A stretch of 63,977 bases of DNA, counting the filler, from Reticulomyxa filosa (Eukaryota; Protista; Foraminifera), in NCBI GenBank assembly GCA_000512085.1. It is 14 parts of 14 records of this genome, joined end to end, with 100 filler letters (N's around TTAATTAATTAA, not from the genome) between each part and the next. Parts side by side here need not be neighbours in the genome. Positions count along the whole stretch, not along the records: positions 45,525 to 54,227 come from ASPP01021832.1; positions 54,328 to 56,155 come from ASPP01020905.1; positions 56,256 to 60,993 come from ASPP01007814.1; positions 61,094 to 63,977 come from ASPP01035039.1; 10 more parts are not named here. The stretch is one strand, 5' to 3'. Position 1 is the first letter of the stretch. Every line of letters starts with the position of its first letter. This document shows, one piece after another, positions 48,332-62,166 of the stretch. Made by a program: the position numbers and the translations under genes. The notes under the pieces are model-generated. The model made no database searches. It was not told where the DNA came from and saw only the letters and a program-made list of their open reading frames with translations.

Positions 48332-48990
48332 TACGTGGGGTGATGTCCTCACAAATTTTCATTTCGTTTTAAAAATAAAATTGTTTTTCCATTGATAAAG
48401 TTCAAGCTATCTTTTTAAAACTCATTAACTTTTCATGAACATGCTGCGCGGCATCAGCCTTCAATCTTTCGAAAGTTATGCATATGAGGGATTTGAGATG
48501 TGAGAAGATTGCCATTAAACCTTTTGCAAATTTCTTTAGCTCATATTGTAGAACGACGTTGTGAAAAATTTCTTTAATTTTTTAAAAGTATTTTAAGTTG
48601 GCATATTATGCATCATAAAACAAAAATTAAAAGATTATCAAATTTATTGTGTGATATTTAAACCACCATTTTAAAAAATATAAAAAAGCGTCTATGTTCA
48701 ATTCTGCTTTTCTATGAACAATTTTTTTTATAATTTAAATCCGTTTTAAATAATGACCTTCAACAGAGCATATCAATACAGTAATCTCAATCCTTTTTTT
48801 AAACGCTCATAAGAGTGTTTGTGACTTTTACAAAATTTACACCAAATTGCGGGAATTTTCGTGGAGGGACATACCACCTTGAAGCAATACAACGATAACA
48901 AATCAAAAACGTTTGCTATGACCCTAGAGCGTATCAACTTGTTGCCTCGTGAGTAAACAAGAAAAAAACTATGATTAAAATTTGTTTTTA

Positions 48991-50864
48991 CTATGTAAAT
49001 TGGGTTTTCAAACGTTGAACAAATGGCAAATCAGGATTTTTTTGTTTGGCCGTTTCAAAACATTGTTTACTTGTTTGTTTATCTCCTTGTTGAAGCAAAA
49101 ATTGACTAAATTCACACCAAACATATGCCCAATTGTTTTGCAGTTGCAAGGTATGTCGAAAGAGTTGATCCGTTTTTTCAACCCAAGCAGTGGAATTGTT
49201 ATGATAAGCCTGAAAATATTTCGCCGCCAAGTAATTGACAGTAAAGTCATCGGGATGTTTGGAGACGTAGGCAAGCATTCGTTGATGTGTGGACTCAGCC
49301 ATTTCAGGTTCAAAATGGCAAGACAAATGGCACTCCAAGCACAATAGCGGAATGGGAACAGTTTGCACATCAATTTCAACTTTCTCCTCTGCACTTCGTT
49401 CGCCCTTCTTTTGTGATTGTCGATAGTGTTTCAAAACTGGAGTCAGTGCCTTTCTCGCTTGCTCATATTCATTCGTTTTGATCAGTAATTGCACCATATC
49501 AGCTGCACAAACATTACACAAAAAAACGAACAAACAAAAAAGTATATTTATATATGTATATTTACGCAGCACTCCAAACTTTATAACATGCTCTAAAATT
49601 TTTTTTTTTTAAAAAAAAAAGACGAACCAACAGCGACAGGATTAAAAGGATCCCGGAGTAACACTTGAGCCAACTGAGAATTGGCGACAGAGAATTGTTC
49701 GAGTTCGATGAGTATTTTGGCATAAACCAAGGTAGCAAGATCGTCCGTAGGACATCGGAGTAAGTGCTGCGTCAATACTATGGATGCTTTTTTGTAGTTT
49801 TGCACTTCGTATAAGAAGGTGCCATAACGTTGAGACATTTCATTTGGAAATTCCAGTATTGCTTTTTTCCAATAGTCTTCACAAATGTCGACAAATCCAT
49901 GCACCCAAAACATTCGTTGCGCAACTTCGAACACTTGCATTTTGAGTAACGGATCGTTATCTAATAAAACAAAATTGATACGTTAATAATACATAAATAA
50001 ATAAATTTATTTATTTATGTATTATTAATATATCAAATACATACGAGCAGCGGAGATAGCATAATCCAAATGCATCCGTGCAGATTGCCAGTTTTTTTCA
50101 TTCAATCGATCTAACATGCTTTGTCTTTGCAGAGAGTCTTTACTCATAACATAATTTTCCAAAAGGAAATATTTCGACAATACGTGTTTTAAATCGATCC
50201 AAAAGGACTGTGTTGACATCGGAGACAAAAAGTAATTGGCTTCATAAATGTGTGCTTTTACTGTCTCGTTTCTTTGTTTCGTCGCTTCTTCTTTCCGTTC
50301 GTCGCCGTATGATTCTATCAGCTGCAATAATGTCGAATGATATAATGAGTTGCTTTTGTGCATTTCTATTGCTTTTCGAACATATTTTTCGGCGCCTTTT
50401 ATTATTATTATTATTATTATTATTTGTTATTGTTATCATCACTATTATTTTTAAAAAAACGGGGTGTTCTTTCACTTTTTTTTTTTGCTGACTCAACCAA
50501 TTCGATCATCAAATCGAGTCCATAAAAACTTGCCAAAATCATACAAGTATTTTGGAAAGGCATTATCTGTGAATGCAATTGCTTCCAAGTAACATTGCTT
50601 GGCCTTTTCGAAATCATGTATCTCATACTCGTATATTAATCCTGCTTTCCATCGACTGTGCGCTTTTCCCATATCGGTTCCTGTTACTGTATAGAGATAT
50701 GCGCCCAATCCACTTATTATTGCCAAAAAACAACGAAAGAGGAATCGCTTTTCTTTTTTTAGTTTCTCGCTGTCTATCATACGCGCCTTTTCGCCGTATG
50801 TTCGTTTGTCTTGTCGCTCTTTTAATTTTTTGTACATTTTCTCTTCTCCTGTTTGCTCTTGCAA
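48991..50864 (-). CDS. TPR-repeat protein with one N-terminal hydrophobic segment, 4 exons (start uncertain, possibly ATG 50976)
   Basis: TPR helices AGLIYEYEIHDFEKAKQCYLEAI, YGTFLYEVQNYKKA and WCEFSQFLLQQGDKQTSKQCFETAKQKNPD. GT-AG introns. Confidence 0.8.
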
Positions 50865-51320
50865 TTTACTTTGCCCACAATAATAACGGTACTGGCCACG
50901 GTCTTTCCCAACGCACAGAGGAGATTAACATGACGACTAAAACTAGTTGAGAAACTCGAACGAGGAGAGTAGACATATAATTGCAGTGGTTGAATAGTAC
51001 CCCAATGGAAATTACATTTTAGGCTTTTTTGTTTTGTGAAGATCATTTTGGGGAAAACAACGTTTTTTTTAGAAAAAGGAAAATGATTTGTTCATTGAGT
51101 TATTATTTGGCCAATTTCTATCATTATTTCTAAACACACAAAAAAAGGCCACTATTTATTATGCCGCCCATCCCTCTCCCCTGCCCTTATCCCTCTTATA
51201 AAAAAAAAAGGGGTCAGTTCAATTGGACGAGTTCGACTTTGCAAAAACAAATAAAAAAAACCAAAAAAAAAAGAAAAAAATATGAGAATTTAGCCAGTCA
51301 TTAAAATATTGGAAATTGTT

Positions 51321-54227
51321 TTAATCTTTACCTTGAATCAAGCTTTGTAAATTACCAGTTGAACCAGAGCTTAAAAATTTGGAATTTTTGGTCTTTTTCA
51401 TTCCAAGTGGCATCTCCGTACCTTCAAGCTCTGTCTTGCTTGGAACTGTTTGCAGCCCAAGCCTTGGTGTCTGTTGTGATCGAGAGTCTTGTTTTTTCGC
51501 GGCAAATCTCTTGTTAGTACCGAGCGCGGAAGATTCTTTGTTTTGCATCGTGTTAAAACTTGGAACTGATTGGTTGGCAAGCATGCGATTTCCGAGATTT
51601 CCTTTGGGTTTAGCGTAGCGCAGTGATCCAGATAAAATGGACAACAGCCATTGAATCTTTTCATAAAAAGTAAACAATGTAATTTATATAAAAAGGGTTC
51701 TGCTAAATGCATTAAATGAAGTTATTAAAAAAGATAATGGATATGTGGTACGTATATGTGTATACACATATACATATGCATACATATGTATGTACATATA
51801 TACATATATGTATACACATAAATGTAATTATATAGCAAGAGAATCAATAACTTCTTTTTGATCTTGTAAGTAAAACTTTGCGTGGGTTGGTTGAATACCA
51901 ATAGTAACACTGAAGATATGTTCTGTTCCAAATTCTTGGCCACTTAATTCGACAGCTTCAAACATTTTTTCGTCGCTACGGTCATTTCCAACGCACAGCA
52001 GGAATATATCTTGTTTGTCTGCCTTTTCTGTCTTCATTTCCATTTCGTCCAAAACTTTGCGAATGATGGCAACTGCGGCGCTGCCTTTATTAATTTCGCT
52101 CGGTAAGACTTCGAGAATTCGTCCATGATCATATTTTTGAATAGTAATGTTGTAAAAGGGGAGTAGTAATCGTCGCAGGTATCGCTCTAACTCAACGGCT
52201 TGCATGTCTCCATAATCGGGATCGCTATCTTGGTAATGCCACACGAGTGCTGTTTCTTTGCGTTGAATGAAGGCACCGTCAGTTCGTTCGGTATAAGTTC
52301 GCAAGACATCCAATGCGATTTGTTGCCATGACGAGTAATCTCCCAGTTTCGGGTGTTGATGCCATCTGTTTTCTCCTCGCCATCTCAAAAAGGCTCCTTT
52401 TTCCGAGGCCACACAGAGCTTTGGGGAATTAGGCAAAGCCGAGTCAATTTCGCTACGTGTGTGTCCAGAGATTACACAGACATAAGTATTGGGATCTTCC
52501 GCCAATGCGTTCAAATGGCAAAGAATATTGGACGGTGCCGATTTTAAATAGCTACCCCCGGTCGACGAGCCACCGTCGACACTGGCAGAGGAATGGAAAT
52601 GACTCATGGCAATGTTCCTGGAACGTTCCTCGCTGTCTGCCAAAGTGCCGCCATAATCAAACAAAAGAATTCTGGTCTTTGCATTTTTGAACGAGTTAAT
52701 CAAAAGACTTTCCATATCTCGTAATCGAACAAAGTCTTTTTCCAAATATACCCAAGCGGCAGTGCTTCCCATTCCAATAGGAACAATGTCTTTTTGGGAC
52801 TCTGCTTCGCCAGCCTTTCGCAAATCTCGCAAATAGCCTTTGGCCCATCGTTCAAAGGTGTAATGCATGACATGATTGAACCTCCTCGTGTGGGCAATGC
52901 GTCGTTCCTCGGCCGTCATCACCAGTGCCTGTTGAATGGATTGCGACAGTTCGCTACTCTTCCAAGGGTTGACTCGAAGCACGCCACTCAAGCTACGCAT
53001 GCATCCCATAAACTCGCTAACAATAACGACGCCGGGGAGATTGACGGCGCCTTGAGCAGCGGTGAGCTCATAAGGCATAGTATTGAATCCATCCCAAAAG
53101 GTGCCAAACAGTGACACATCGGCAATGGTATATAAGGCATAAACTTTCTGATATGGTTCGGGTTCGTTTAAAAGATGAATAACTTGTTTGCCAGGATATT
53201 TGGCATTGATGGACTCGATTTCCTTGACAATTTCATCTTTGACCAAGTAATGGCCGAGTCCGCCCTGAATGCTGTTGGGTAAGCGAATGAGCACCACCAA
53301 GACGACCGAGTCTTGCCATTTGGGGAACTCCTCCAAAAAGCTCGCAAATCCTTGAATCGTGAAGAGAAGACCGCGAACGATTTCGTATTCACCGACGGTC
53401 AAAATGATCTTTTTGTCATCTTTGCCGACAAAGCGCTGTCGAAACTCCTGCGCGTAGCGTTTCACGACGTCGCTCATACAGTCCTCATGCACCTCATGAC
53501 TACGAATACTGACATGGCCAATTCGCAGACTCACATCTCTGCCGAGGACGTGGACCACCAATGTGCCGTCGTCGGGCAGTGTGTGGAAGTCCAAATCTAA
53601 AATGCGCTTGCACGACGACAGGAAATGTCGGGCGTAATCAAACGTATGAAAGCCGATCAAATCCGAGGCCAGCATTCCTCGCAGCACTTCAATGCGCGTT
53701 GGAAGAGTGCGAAACACCTCACTCGTTGGAAACACTGTGTGCAAAAAAAACCCAATTTGTGCCGTCGGACGAGACTTGCGTAAAAAGTTGGGCGCCGTTA
53801 GCAAATGATAGCTGTGGAACCATATAATCGCATCCTCTTCATTATCCGTTGCTACACTGGCCTTTCTGGCAAATAGCATATTCACGTTTTGATACACACG
53901 CCACAATGCTTCATACTTGCGACTCTGATCAAAGTGACTCGTTGGCATCACGTAATGAAACAATGGCCAAAGGATCCCCTTGCAAAATTCATTGTGAAAC
54001 TCCTCTCGCGTTTTCGCGTCCAAATACACTGCATAACATGGGTGCTCCAGCTGCTGCAACACATCGTCCAACTCGTCTTGCTCCTCGTCCTTCACGTCTA
54101 TGCCCGGCCAACCCACAAACTGCACTGAATAATCGCGGTCAAGCATTCGCATATTCGCCAACAAATCTCTGGGGTCGTTCCACTTCACTTGCCATCCTTT
54201 GTCTGTTTTGCTTATCGACAATGGCAG
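51321..54227 (-). CDS. TPS: Bifunctional-type trehalose-6-phosphate synthase/phosphatase (GT20 + HAD), with degenerate catalytic motifs (5' truncated), 2 exons
   Basis: FVGWPG, FCKGILWPLFHY, IGFFLHTVFPTSEVFR, DLIGFHTFDYARHFLS, SEFMG, RVNPW, LFDYGGTL, ISG and EINKG. Intron at about 51853-51657. Confidence 0.93.
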
Positions 54228-54820
54228 NNNNNNNNNNNNNNNNNNNNNNNNNNNNNNNNNNNNNNNNNNNNTTAATTAATTAANNNNNNNNNNNNNNNNN
54301 NNNNNNNNNNNNNNNNNNNNNNNNNNNGTTTATGTGTTGTAGATCTACCTACATGTCAAGGAAAACTCTTGATGTTCAAAACATAAAAATTGAAAGTCCA
54401 TATCTTCTTATTTAAAAATTTTATGTTTAAAGTTTAAAAGAAAATTTTAAGCCAATTTTGTTTTTTTTTACTATCTTCTGACTTTAAGATACAAGTGATA
54501 TTCTTAGTTACTGAAAATACTTGTGTTTTTTTCAAACCCCCTTTTATTTGTTTGAAAGGAGAATGTGAGCGACTCAACTCTTATGTAACAAAATTTGTTT
54601 AACAGTATGTATGAGTTTCGACCTCTTTTTGTTGTTAATGGAAACTACAGCTCACAAATACATTTCTTTTCAATTTGCAAATCAAACCCTTTGGTGACCG
54701 AGCAACCTCCGTCAACACGAAACCCGAGTTTTTAGGGTCATAATTCTTGAAAGAGAAAAAAACTCTTTGGCACGTCCAAATTTATTTCTCTAAAAATTAA
54801 AAGGGTAGTGTGGAAAAGTT

Positions 54821-56116
54821 ATGGCATCTCCCAATGAACAATTGGGCACTCTTTTAAATCGTGCTCGAGAAGTTGAAATTCTTCTTGCCCAGGTCCAGAG
54901 TCAGTTTGCCGAAATCAAGTCTTCGGCAGGAGGCTCCGTTCATCAACATGTGTCGGAAAAAAGTAAGTTTTGCATCAAAGAGAAGAAGAGAGAGGAGAAA
55001 AAAAACAATAAACTGAAGTTGTATGATTGTGTTTGTTTCACAGCATCGCTATCATCTGCTGTCGTTACAGGAAAATACAGTATGTGAAAAGAAATTTCTG
55101 ACGAACTTTCCGACAAATGATTGGGACTGTTTGTTTTTTTTCAAAAAAGTTGGAAAGAAGTAAAAGGGGGGGGGGGGTATCTTGGAACAAGAAGAAGAGA
55201 AAATCATTTTTTTTATATATATCCTCTTCAAAATGACAGCATTATTTTTAAAAAGTGGAAGAAAAAGCGATACCTTATGACATTTTGGGAGCATACTTGT
55301 TAGCCCTGAAAAACGCGCCATCTAATGTTAAATTTATGTTAATCGACAAAACAGAAAGCACTTATTTAATTGCACCAGATCGAACGTTATGTCTGTGTTT
55401 GTATGTGTTATTATTATTATTATTATTATTTGTTTTTGTTAAAAAGTTTAAAAAACAATATTTTTTTATAAAAAAAAAAAAAAACAAATCAAATTGTGTG
55501 ATACACAGACGATTGGAAGGTGCAGTGGTTATATCGAGAGCATTGTTGCGTCTTTGTGGCTTGGACTCAAGTGACGCAATCCAAGCCAGTGCAGTTACTT
55601 TTAAGATCCTATATACTTATTTTTGCATATTTTTTGTTTGGAAATAAAAGAAAGGGGAGGGATGAAAAGGGGAGAGGGGAGAGAGAGAAAAAAAAAAAAA
55701 AGCGTGATGACAAAATCGCATATACAAACATTGCACAATCAAATGTGATTTTTTTTGGGGGGGGGGGCGTGGAAAATGCTTGAAAAAAAAGGTGGATCAT
55801 TGGCTATTTAAGTTTCAAGCGAGCGGATTGTTTGAGAACAAACAAACGCTACCCAAACTCTTGGAAGAATTGCACAAACATTTACAGTATCGCACTTACT
55901 TGGTTGGCTACAACGTGACATCGGCCGATTTGGAGTTGTTCAACAAACTCAAACACAGCAGCTGGTGGTCCAAACATGTCCCACTTGTTTCCAAAACCCC
56001 AACCCAAAGCCAATTTGTCAACGTCTACCGGTGGTTTTGCACCATTCAAGAATCGTGCGGCAATTCCGTGAACACCTTTCTCCAAACTAAGAAAGAAGAA
56101 GCACATCCAGCCAAAG
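54821..56116 (+). CDS. N-terminal coiled coil + GST-like domain of an aminoacyl-tRNA synthetase (GluRS-type) or an Arc1p/AIMP cofactor (3' truncated)
   Basis: IPYDILGAYLLA, VISRALLR, VDHWL and LEELHKHLQYRTYLVGYNVTSADL...NVYRWFCTI. Several GT-AG introns; one extra A at about 55250. Confidence 0.72.
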
Positions 56117-56122
56117 GTGCTT

Positions 56123-56155
<33 letters not shown>

Positions 56156-56301
56156 NNNNNNNNNNNNNNNNNNNNNNNNNNNNNNNNNNNNNNNNNNNNT
56201 TAATTAATTAANNNNNNNNNNNNNNNNNNNNNNNNNNNNNNNNNNNNNNNNNNNNACCAAACGTAACAAACAAAAGACAAAAAAAAAAAAAAAAAAAAAA
56301 G

Positions 56302-59300
56302 CCGGCGCGAGTTCGGACAGAATGTCTGCGTGCACTGCAAAGCTGTTTGAAGCAATTCAGCAAAGGCGATGTGTACTCGAGCGACGTGGCGAACATGATC
56401 CAGTCGTCGTTGCGAGGAGACAAAGACAAGAAGAACTACGTGGACCAACTGTTGAAGATGTCGCAAGATATGTTGACACAAATGACGACATTGCAAAAGC
56501 AATATTTGACTTCAGAGAACAATAATGCAAATGCAAATGCAAATAAAGCAGCGTTGTGCACAAATGAATGGATTCCCCATGAAATGATGCCCTATATAAT
56601 CTTCTACTTGCTGGACATAAGTTGCAACCAATATTTGCAAGTGGAGTACTGCGACAAGATCTTGTCCCATTTGACCGAGTATTTGAAGCAATTGCAAGTG
56701 CCGAGCCAAACAAATTGGAACAGCAACAGCAATAGCAATAGCAGTAGCAAAGACTTGCAATTGCCTCCTTGCATGGACCGGCCATTCCAAGTGCTCAAGT
56801 CCCTACTGAAGCACTTGGGACACTTGGCCATAAGCAACTCGAGCGACCAATGGGCCGTGCTGGAGAAGATCCGCTATCACTTTGCGCGTCACTTGTTGTT
56901 CGGTGAGTGGAGCAGCTTTCTGCCGCTGCAGCAAATCGTCATCCGCTGTCTGGTGTCTCTGAGCGGGCTCAAGTCGGCCTTCGACCAGGTCAACGACAAG
57001 CGTCTGAACGAATTGAAGACCAAGTTCGAGCAGACTGTCACCGAGTACGTCCGTCGTCCGCTGGTCGATGCGCTCAAGTCCAAGCAAGTCACGTCCAAGA
57101 ACAAGATGTTGGCCAAGGCCTTGCAGGGGTTGTCCTTGGTGCTGCAGTCCAATTACAAGTTGGGTTGCGACATTGTAGCAAATGAAGAAGTTTTGAATTG
57201 CGTCATCGAAGTGGTGTCTTCAGAGGAAAAGAGTAATTCAGATTCTACCAATATCGATAATAATAATAATAATAATAATAATAAATCAAAAAAATCACCC
57301 TATCAAGAGTTAAAATATTTGGGTATTGAAGTCTTGGCCTTATCTTGCTCTCATCAACCCATTCGCAAAGCCGTAATGGACTCGGGCAACACCCACTTGT
57401 TTGCGTGGATCTTAGACTGTCCCAACTTACTTGTTCGCGCGCACGCCGCCAATGCGCTGGCCAAGTTTGCATCGATCGATGACGACGCCAGAGAGTTGGC
57501 GCTGGGCGGCAACAATCGCGGCTTGCAAGTGGTCATGGCCATCATTGCCGACCTACTGCACGATGAAAAGTTTAGTGATTCCAAAAGCCCAGGCAAATTA
57601 GATTTATCGTCATCGTCGTCGTCGTCGTCGATTCTTGACTATGATGACTACGACGATCGCATGTTGGCCAACAAAAAAAAAATAATGAAGTCGCCAAAGG
57701 AAAAGGAGGAGGAAGAGGAGTTTGAAACGTTCAAAGTTCCGCTTATGAACCTTTGCATCGAGTGCATTTCCTATCTCACCTTGCAAGTCGAAATCAAACT
57801 GGCCATGGTCGAAAACGATGACACGTTACTCAAAGTCCTCTTCTCTCTCAGCAAAACGCGCTATTTCCTTCGCAACCGCGCCCTTCGTCATGGTCTCTTG
57901 ACTGTCATCTTGAACTGCAGCTTGAGCAAACACGACGCCGACAAGGCTTTGTCACAAAAAGAAAAACAAATTCACAAACTTAAAAAAGTCGTGGCAAAAG
58001 GATTACCAAATAATCCATTGAAAGAAGATGAAATGATCCACTCTCATGCTGGTTTTGTTTTTATTATAATACATATATATATAGTATACGTATGTATAAT
58101 GTTTCACCTCTTTCTTTTTTTTTTTTTTTTTTTTTGCATGTGCAGGTGAAGATGAACAAATATCGATGGTGCAAGAACATCTTGTTGCATGCAACTGCGT
58201 GTACTTGATGTACGAAATCATTCGATCCACGCAGAAAGAAAACAAGCAAATCGACGAGTACTTGAACGAGGAACTGGATGACCAAAAGAAAGAAAGTAGT
58301 ACAAGCGGAGGAGGGGATAGTAATCAAACGGGAGGCGGCAACAGCGCTTCAGAACGCCACAAACAATTACAGCGAATCAAATATAAACCCATTGAGTTGG
58401 AAAGCAAACTGCAAATGAAAATCGCTCAAGTGCTGGCCATGTTCGCCGATGCAAATGAGTTTCGCAGTCGCGCCGATCGCAAAAAACTGACGCAGCTGCG
58501 AGGGCAGTTGATCCAACAAAATGCCGTTCGCTTGCTTTTGGACCTCTTCTCCGCAAACAGTCCCAAAGACAACCGTAATCTATCCGAAGATTGTGAAAAA
58601 ATACGATTGATGTCCGGAACGGCACTTGCCAGAATTGGTGTGCTTTTATTTATTTATTTGTTTTTGTTTAAAATAATATGTATATACATATATACATATA
58701 TATATATGTATATATGTATATGTATGTATGTATGCATTATATTGTAAGCCATTTCCATTGATCCGAGACTATTCAATTCCAGCCATTTGAAGCCGATGAT
58801 TGTTGTATTGCTCTATTTGATTCATCATTCTCAACATGAGCTGCAGGAATACGAGGGACTGCTCGCTCTTTGCAATATTTCTTCATTGAGCGAGGAAATG
58901 CGTGAATACATCATGGACTTGCAAGGATGGTCTGTGCTGCGAGATGCCTTTGAGCAATCCAATCCGCAAATCAATGCTGCCGTGTTGGAGTGCTGGTGCA
59001 ATTTGTGCACGTGTGAAAAAGGCTTGTTAAATTTGAAACGCAATTCCGATTGCGATATCAAAATTGTCACTGTATTCCTTAGAGATGCCAGCTTGCGTGT
59101 GTTAACTGCTGTTACCAATATTTTGGCTATGGCGTCGTGTGATGAAGATTTATGCAAAAGCATTGCCAAATTTGGTGGAGTGTTTTCCTTACACGTTGTT
59201 TCCCGAAACTTACGCGAAGCCCTTACTGTCTTGACCCAACATACGAGCTATGCTTCGGACAAGGACAATGCCAAAACCAAGGAAGAACAAATCGAAATCG

Positions 59301-59515
59301 CCAAACACAGAAGTATTTTGAGCAATGTCGATATGACCATCAAAAACTTGGAACATGCTGGGTTCTCTCTGACGAATGTGTATGCGCATGGCATTGATCA
59401 AGAAATTATGGATGAGCTACAAAAAACTGCAGAGGAAGATACCGACGATGATGAAAACGACAAGCAGGGACGCACAAATCAAAAAGATAGCGATGACGAT
59501 AACGAACGTCAATAA
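56302..59515 (+). CDS. UNC45: UNC-45/UCS myosin chaperone (5' truncated), 3 visible exons
   Basis: ARM-like helices; ECISYLTLQVEIK, RGQLIQQNAVRLLL, ALARI|AISIDP and LQEYEGLLALCNISS...AAVLECWCNL (UCS signature). Confidence 0.88.
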
Positions 59516-60215
59516 TTCGAGATCTTTTCTTCATAACACAACAACTTGTTCATCTCTCTCTTCTTTTGTTGTATGTCCAAATGTGAATCCTTGAGTATAT
59601 CTACCACACATGCTGCAACTTTTCCAATATTATTTTATGAAAAATTGTTCTGCGTTACTTGGTCCGTTCTAAATTACTTCGTCTTGCAAACAACTTTTCA
59701 TTTGCTTTTAGTTGCAGAGCCAAGAGAAAAATGTAACTTTTTTTTAACTTGTAACGCAGTGTTCAAACTTGTTTGAGAGATCAAAACAGCTTTTGCTCTT
59801 GAAATGTAGAGTGTTTCCTTTGAAATCTCAGACCAAGATGTGAAATAAATACGAAGCAAAAAAAAACAAAGGATTTCTGCAACGTCCCACAGTACTATGA
59901 TAGTCGGCAAATTGATGCTGTGAAAAAGTTGACGATGAATCACAAAGCTCCTCAAAAACGAAAGGAAAAAACAAAACCAGGATAAGAACAAACAAAAAAA
60001 AACAACAAACAAAAACCAAAAAAAAGCATGCAAAGAAAAGACACATACATAGTTAACAAAAAGTTTGAAGTTCAAGGGTAACTATCCAAAACTAGTGGGG
60101 GGTTTCGAAATCGTTTATGACCGTTGTATGGTATTTGAAAAGTAGCAAGAAAACATCAACCAAAAATGCACAAATGAAACAATTGAAATGTAGCAAGAAT
60201 CAAAATAGAACATCT

Positions 60216-60856
60216 TCAAAAAAAAGACGCTTTTTTAAACACATAATGAGTTTTGTCAAGGTGCTGTAAGAACTTGGTTCTGTGCCGAGCGAGAGCGGCA
60301 ACACGAGTATCAAAAAAAGAGTCATTAAAGGCAATGCACTCTTCTTGAGGACGACAGGCCCCGATTTGATGTCCAATGATCGGGGTGCTGATATATTGTA
60401 GAAGTTGGCGCGTCTCATAAACTTGTTTGGGATTGCTTTCATCCATGAGTCTTTCAATGCCCTGTCCATTGAGATAAAAGATAGTGGGTTCCTTGGAAGG
60501 GCCACTGCCAGTAATGTATTGAACAAGGACACTTTTTCCAGTGACAACACAAATTTGTCTTTTCTTTCGGTTTTCTTTTCCCACAATTTGCATGCCATAA
60601 GAGGTGAAATGTGGCATTTTACCCGACAACAAAATGGACAGCCAAAATGTCTCTTTGTCGCCTAACATTTTGTCGTAGAGATCCCTTCGAACCGGCCGCT
60701 GATGTAGCTCTTGCAATATGTGTAGCGCCAGTCGATGTTTTTGGGGATTGATTAAGACCAAGGCGGATTCGCCGACCCAATCCGTCTTATCGATATCCTC
60801 AATATTTGACAAAAACTTCCTTCTCAATTCAATCTGTTCCACGACACGTGCGTAGT
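60216..60856 (-). CDS. Alpha-mannosyltransferase, GT71/Mannosyl_trans3 (MNN-like), last exon (5' truncated)
   Basis: ESALVLINPQKH...LGDKETFWLSILLSG matches ESG.LL.DK.RH...GDKETFW. Confidence 0.75.
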
Positions 60857-60955
60857 CTGTCAAAAAGTTAAGTGAGTGACGAGAGTTATGATTGTTCACT
60901 TTTTTTTTTTTTTCCTCCCCCCCCCCTCTCAAAAAGTCCCCCTGGGGGTCCCAAT

Positions 60956-60993
<38 letters not shown>

Positions 60994-62166
60994 NNNNNNN
61001 NNNNNNNNNNNNNNNNNNNNNNNNNNNNNNNNNNNNNTTAATTAATTAANNNNNNNNNNNNNNNNNNNNNNNNNNNNNNNNNNNNNNNNNNNNTTATAAT
61101 TATTTTCAAATTATATGAAATAACAAATAATAAATTGCCAAGTCTTTAATTCATTTTTGAGTTTTTTCATTTGTTTTTTTTTAAAACTTTGTTTTTACTA
61201 CTCCAAAAAAAGTTGTTTTTTTTTTATGGAGAAACAAAACCTTGTTCGCTAGAAAATACTAAAAAATTAGAAATTATTCATTTTTTCATCAACTGTGCTC
61301 ACATTCTCTTTGTATAGTTTTGGAGATTTGTTAATTATTTGCAACGACAAAGAGAATTCTTTCCTATATAAAAAGAATAGCCTTCGTGTGTATCTAAATA
61401 ATGGTGAAATATCATTACAAACAGAAATTTGATGAAATTGAAAAAGAGCCATTTTATGCGATGAAAGGCTGAGAAGAATAGTGAAGTGAACCAAGAGTGA
61501 CAACAAAAGTGCGTCGGGGAAAATCCTTTGTGCACTTAAGAGATTATTGTTTGGATCTTTTCATGACAGCAATCGAGTACTACGAGCACATAATTTTGAT
61601 AACAACAATGCTCCCAGAATAAATCCAGGTAGGCTATTTCCTTTCAGCTCATTTTCTGCGTTATGGCTTTCTCAAAACGCAAAATCTTTAAAAAATTCTT
61701 TTATTCCACTTAAATAATGTAAAATATTTTCAACAAGCAAGTCTGTGTTGTTTGTCATTCATAATACGGGCATATAACAAATGTTCTTTACAAAATAAGG
61801 TTGTAGAAAACGTAAAAATTGATTCAACAAGGGAATCAATGCTTATCCATAATCTTAGAATGCTCAAACTTGTGCATAAAAGTTTCATGATCCCCTTTTT
61901 TTTACAAAAAAAGACGTGCAACTTTTCAAGGAAAAAGAGATTATGCGCACAATGCAAGAAAAGAAAAAAAAAACAGCCTTTTGATAATTGCATCCCATCA
62001 GACTATCATCTGATAAAGATTAGTTGCTTGCATATCTCGGCATTTTTTGTTTTGTCCAACCATTTAACGAAGTTTGTTTTGCTGTGAATAATATTTTCAA
62101 GCATAAGCCTCATTGAGAGCAAATACTTATATTTTTTTTACAAGCAAATAACAATAAATAAAAAAA

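Noticed and set aside
52700-54227. GC-rich, nearly intronless TPS exon as bacterial contamination or recent HGT
   Set aside because: It is a eukaryote-type TPS-TPP fusion with a spliceosomal intron and host-like flanks.
1539-61093. Thirteen identical palindromic TTAATTAATTAA motifs inside N runs, as a biological repeat or IES/telomere-like signal
   Set aside because: The exact 100-bp format with six-frame stops marks an artificial concatenation linker. ORFs ending in XXX-LIN are artefacts.
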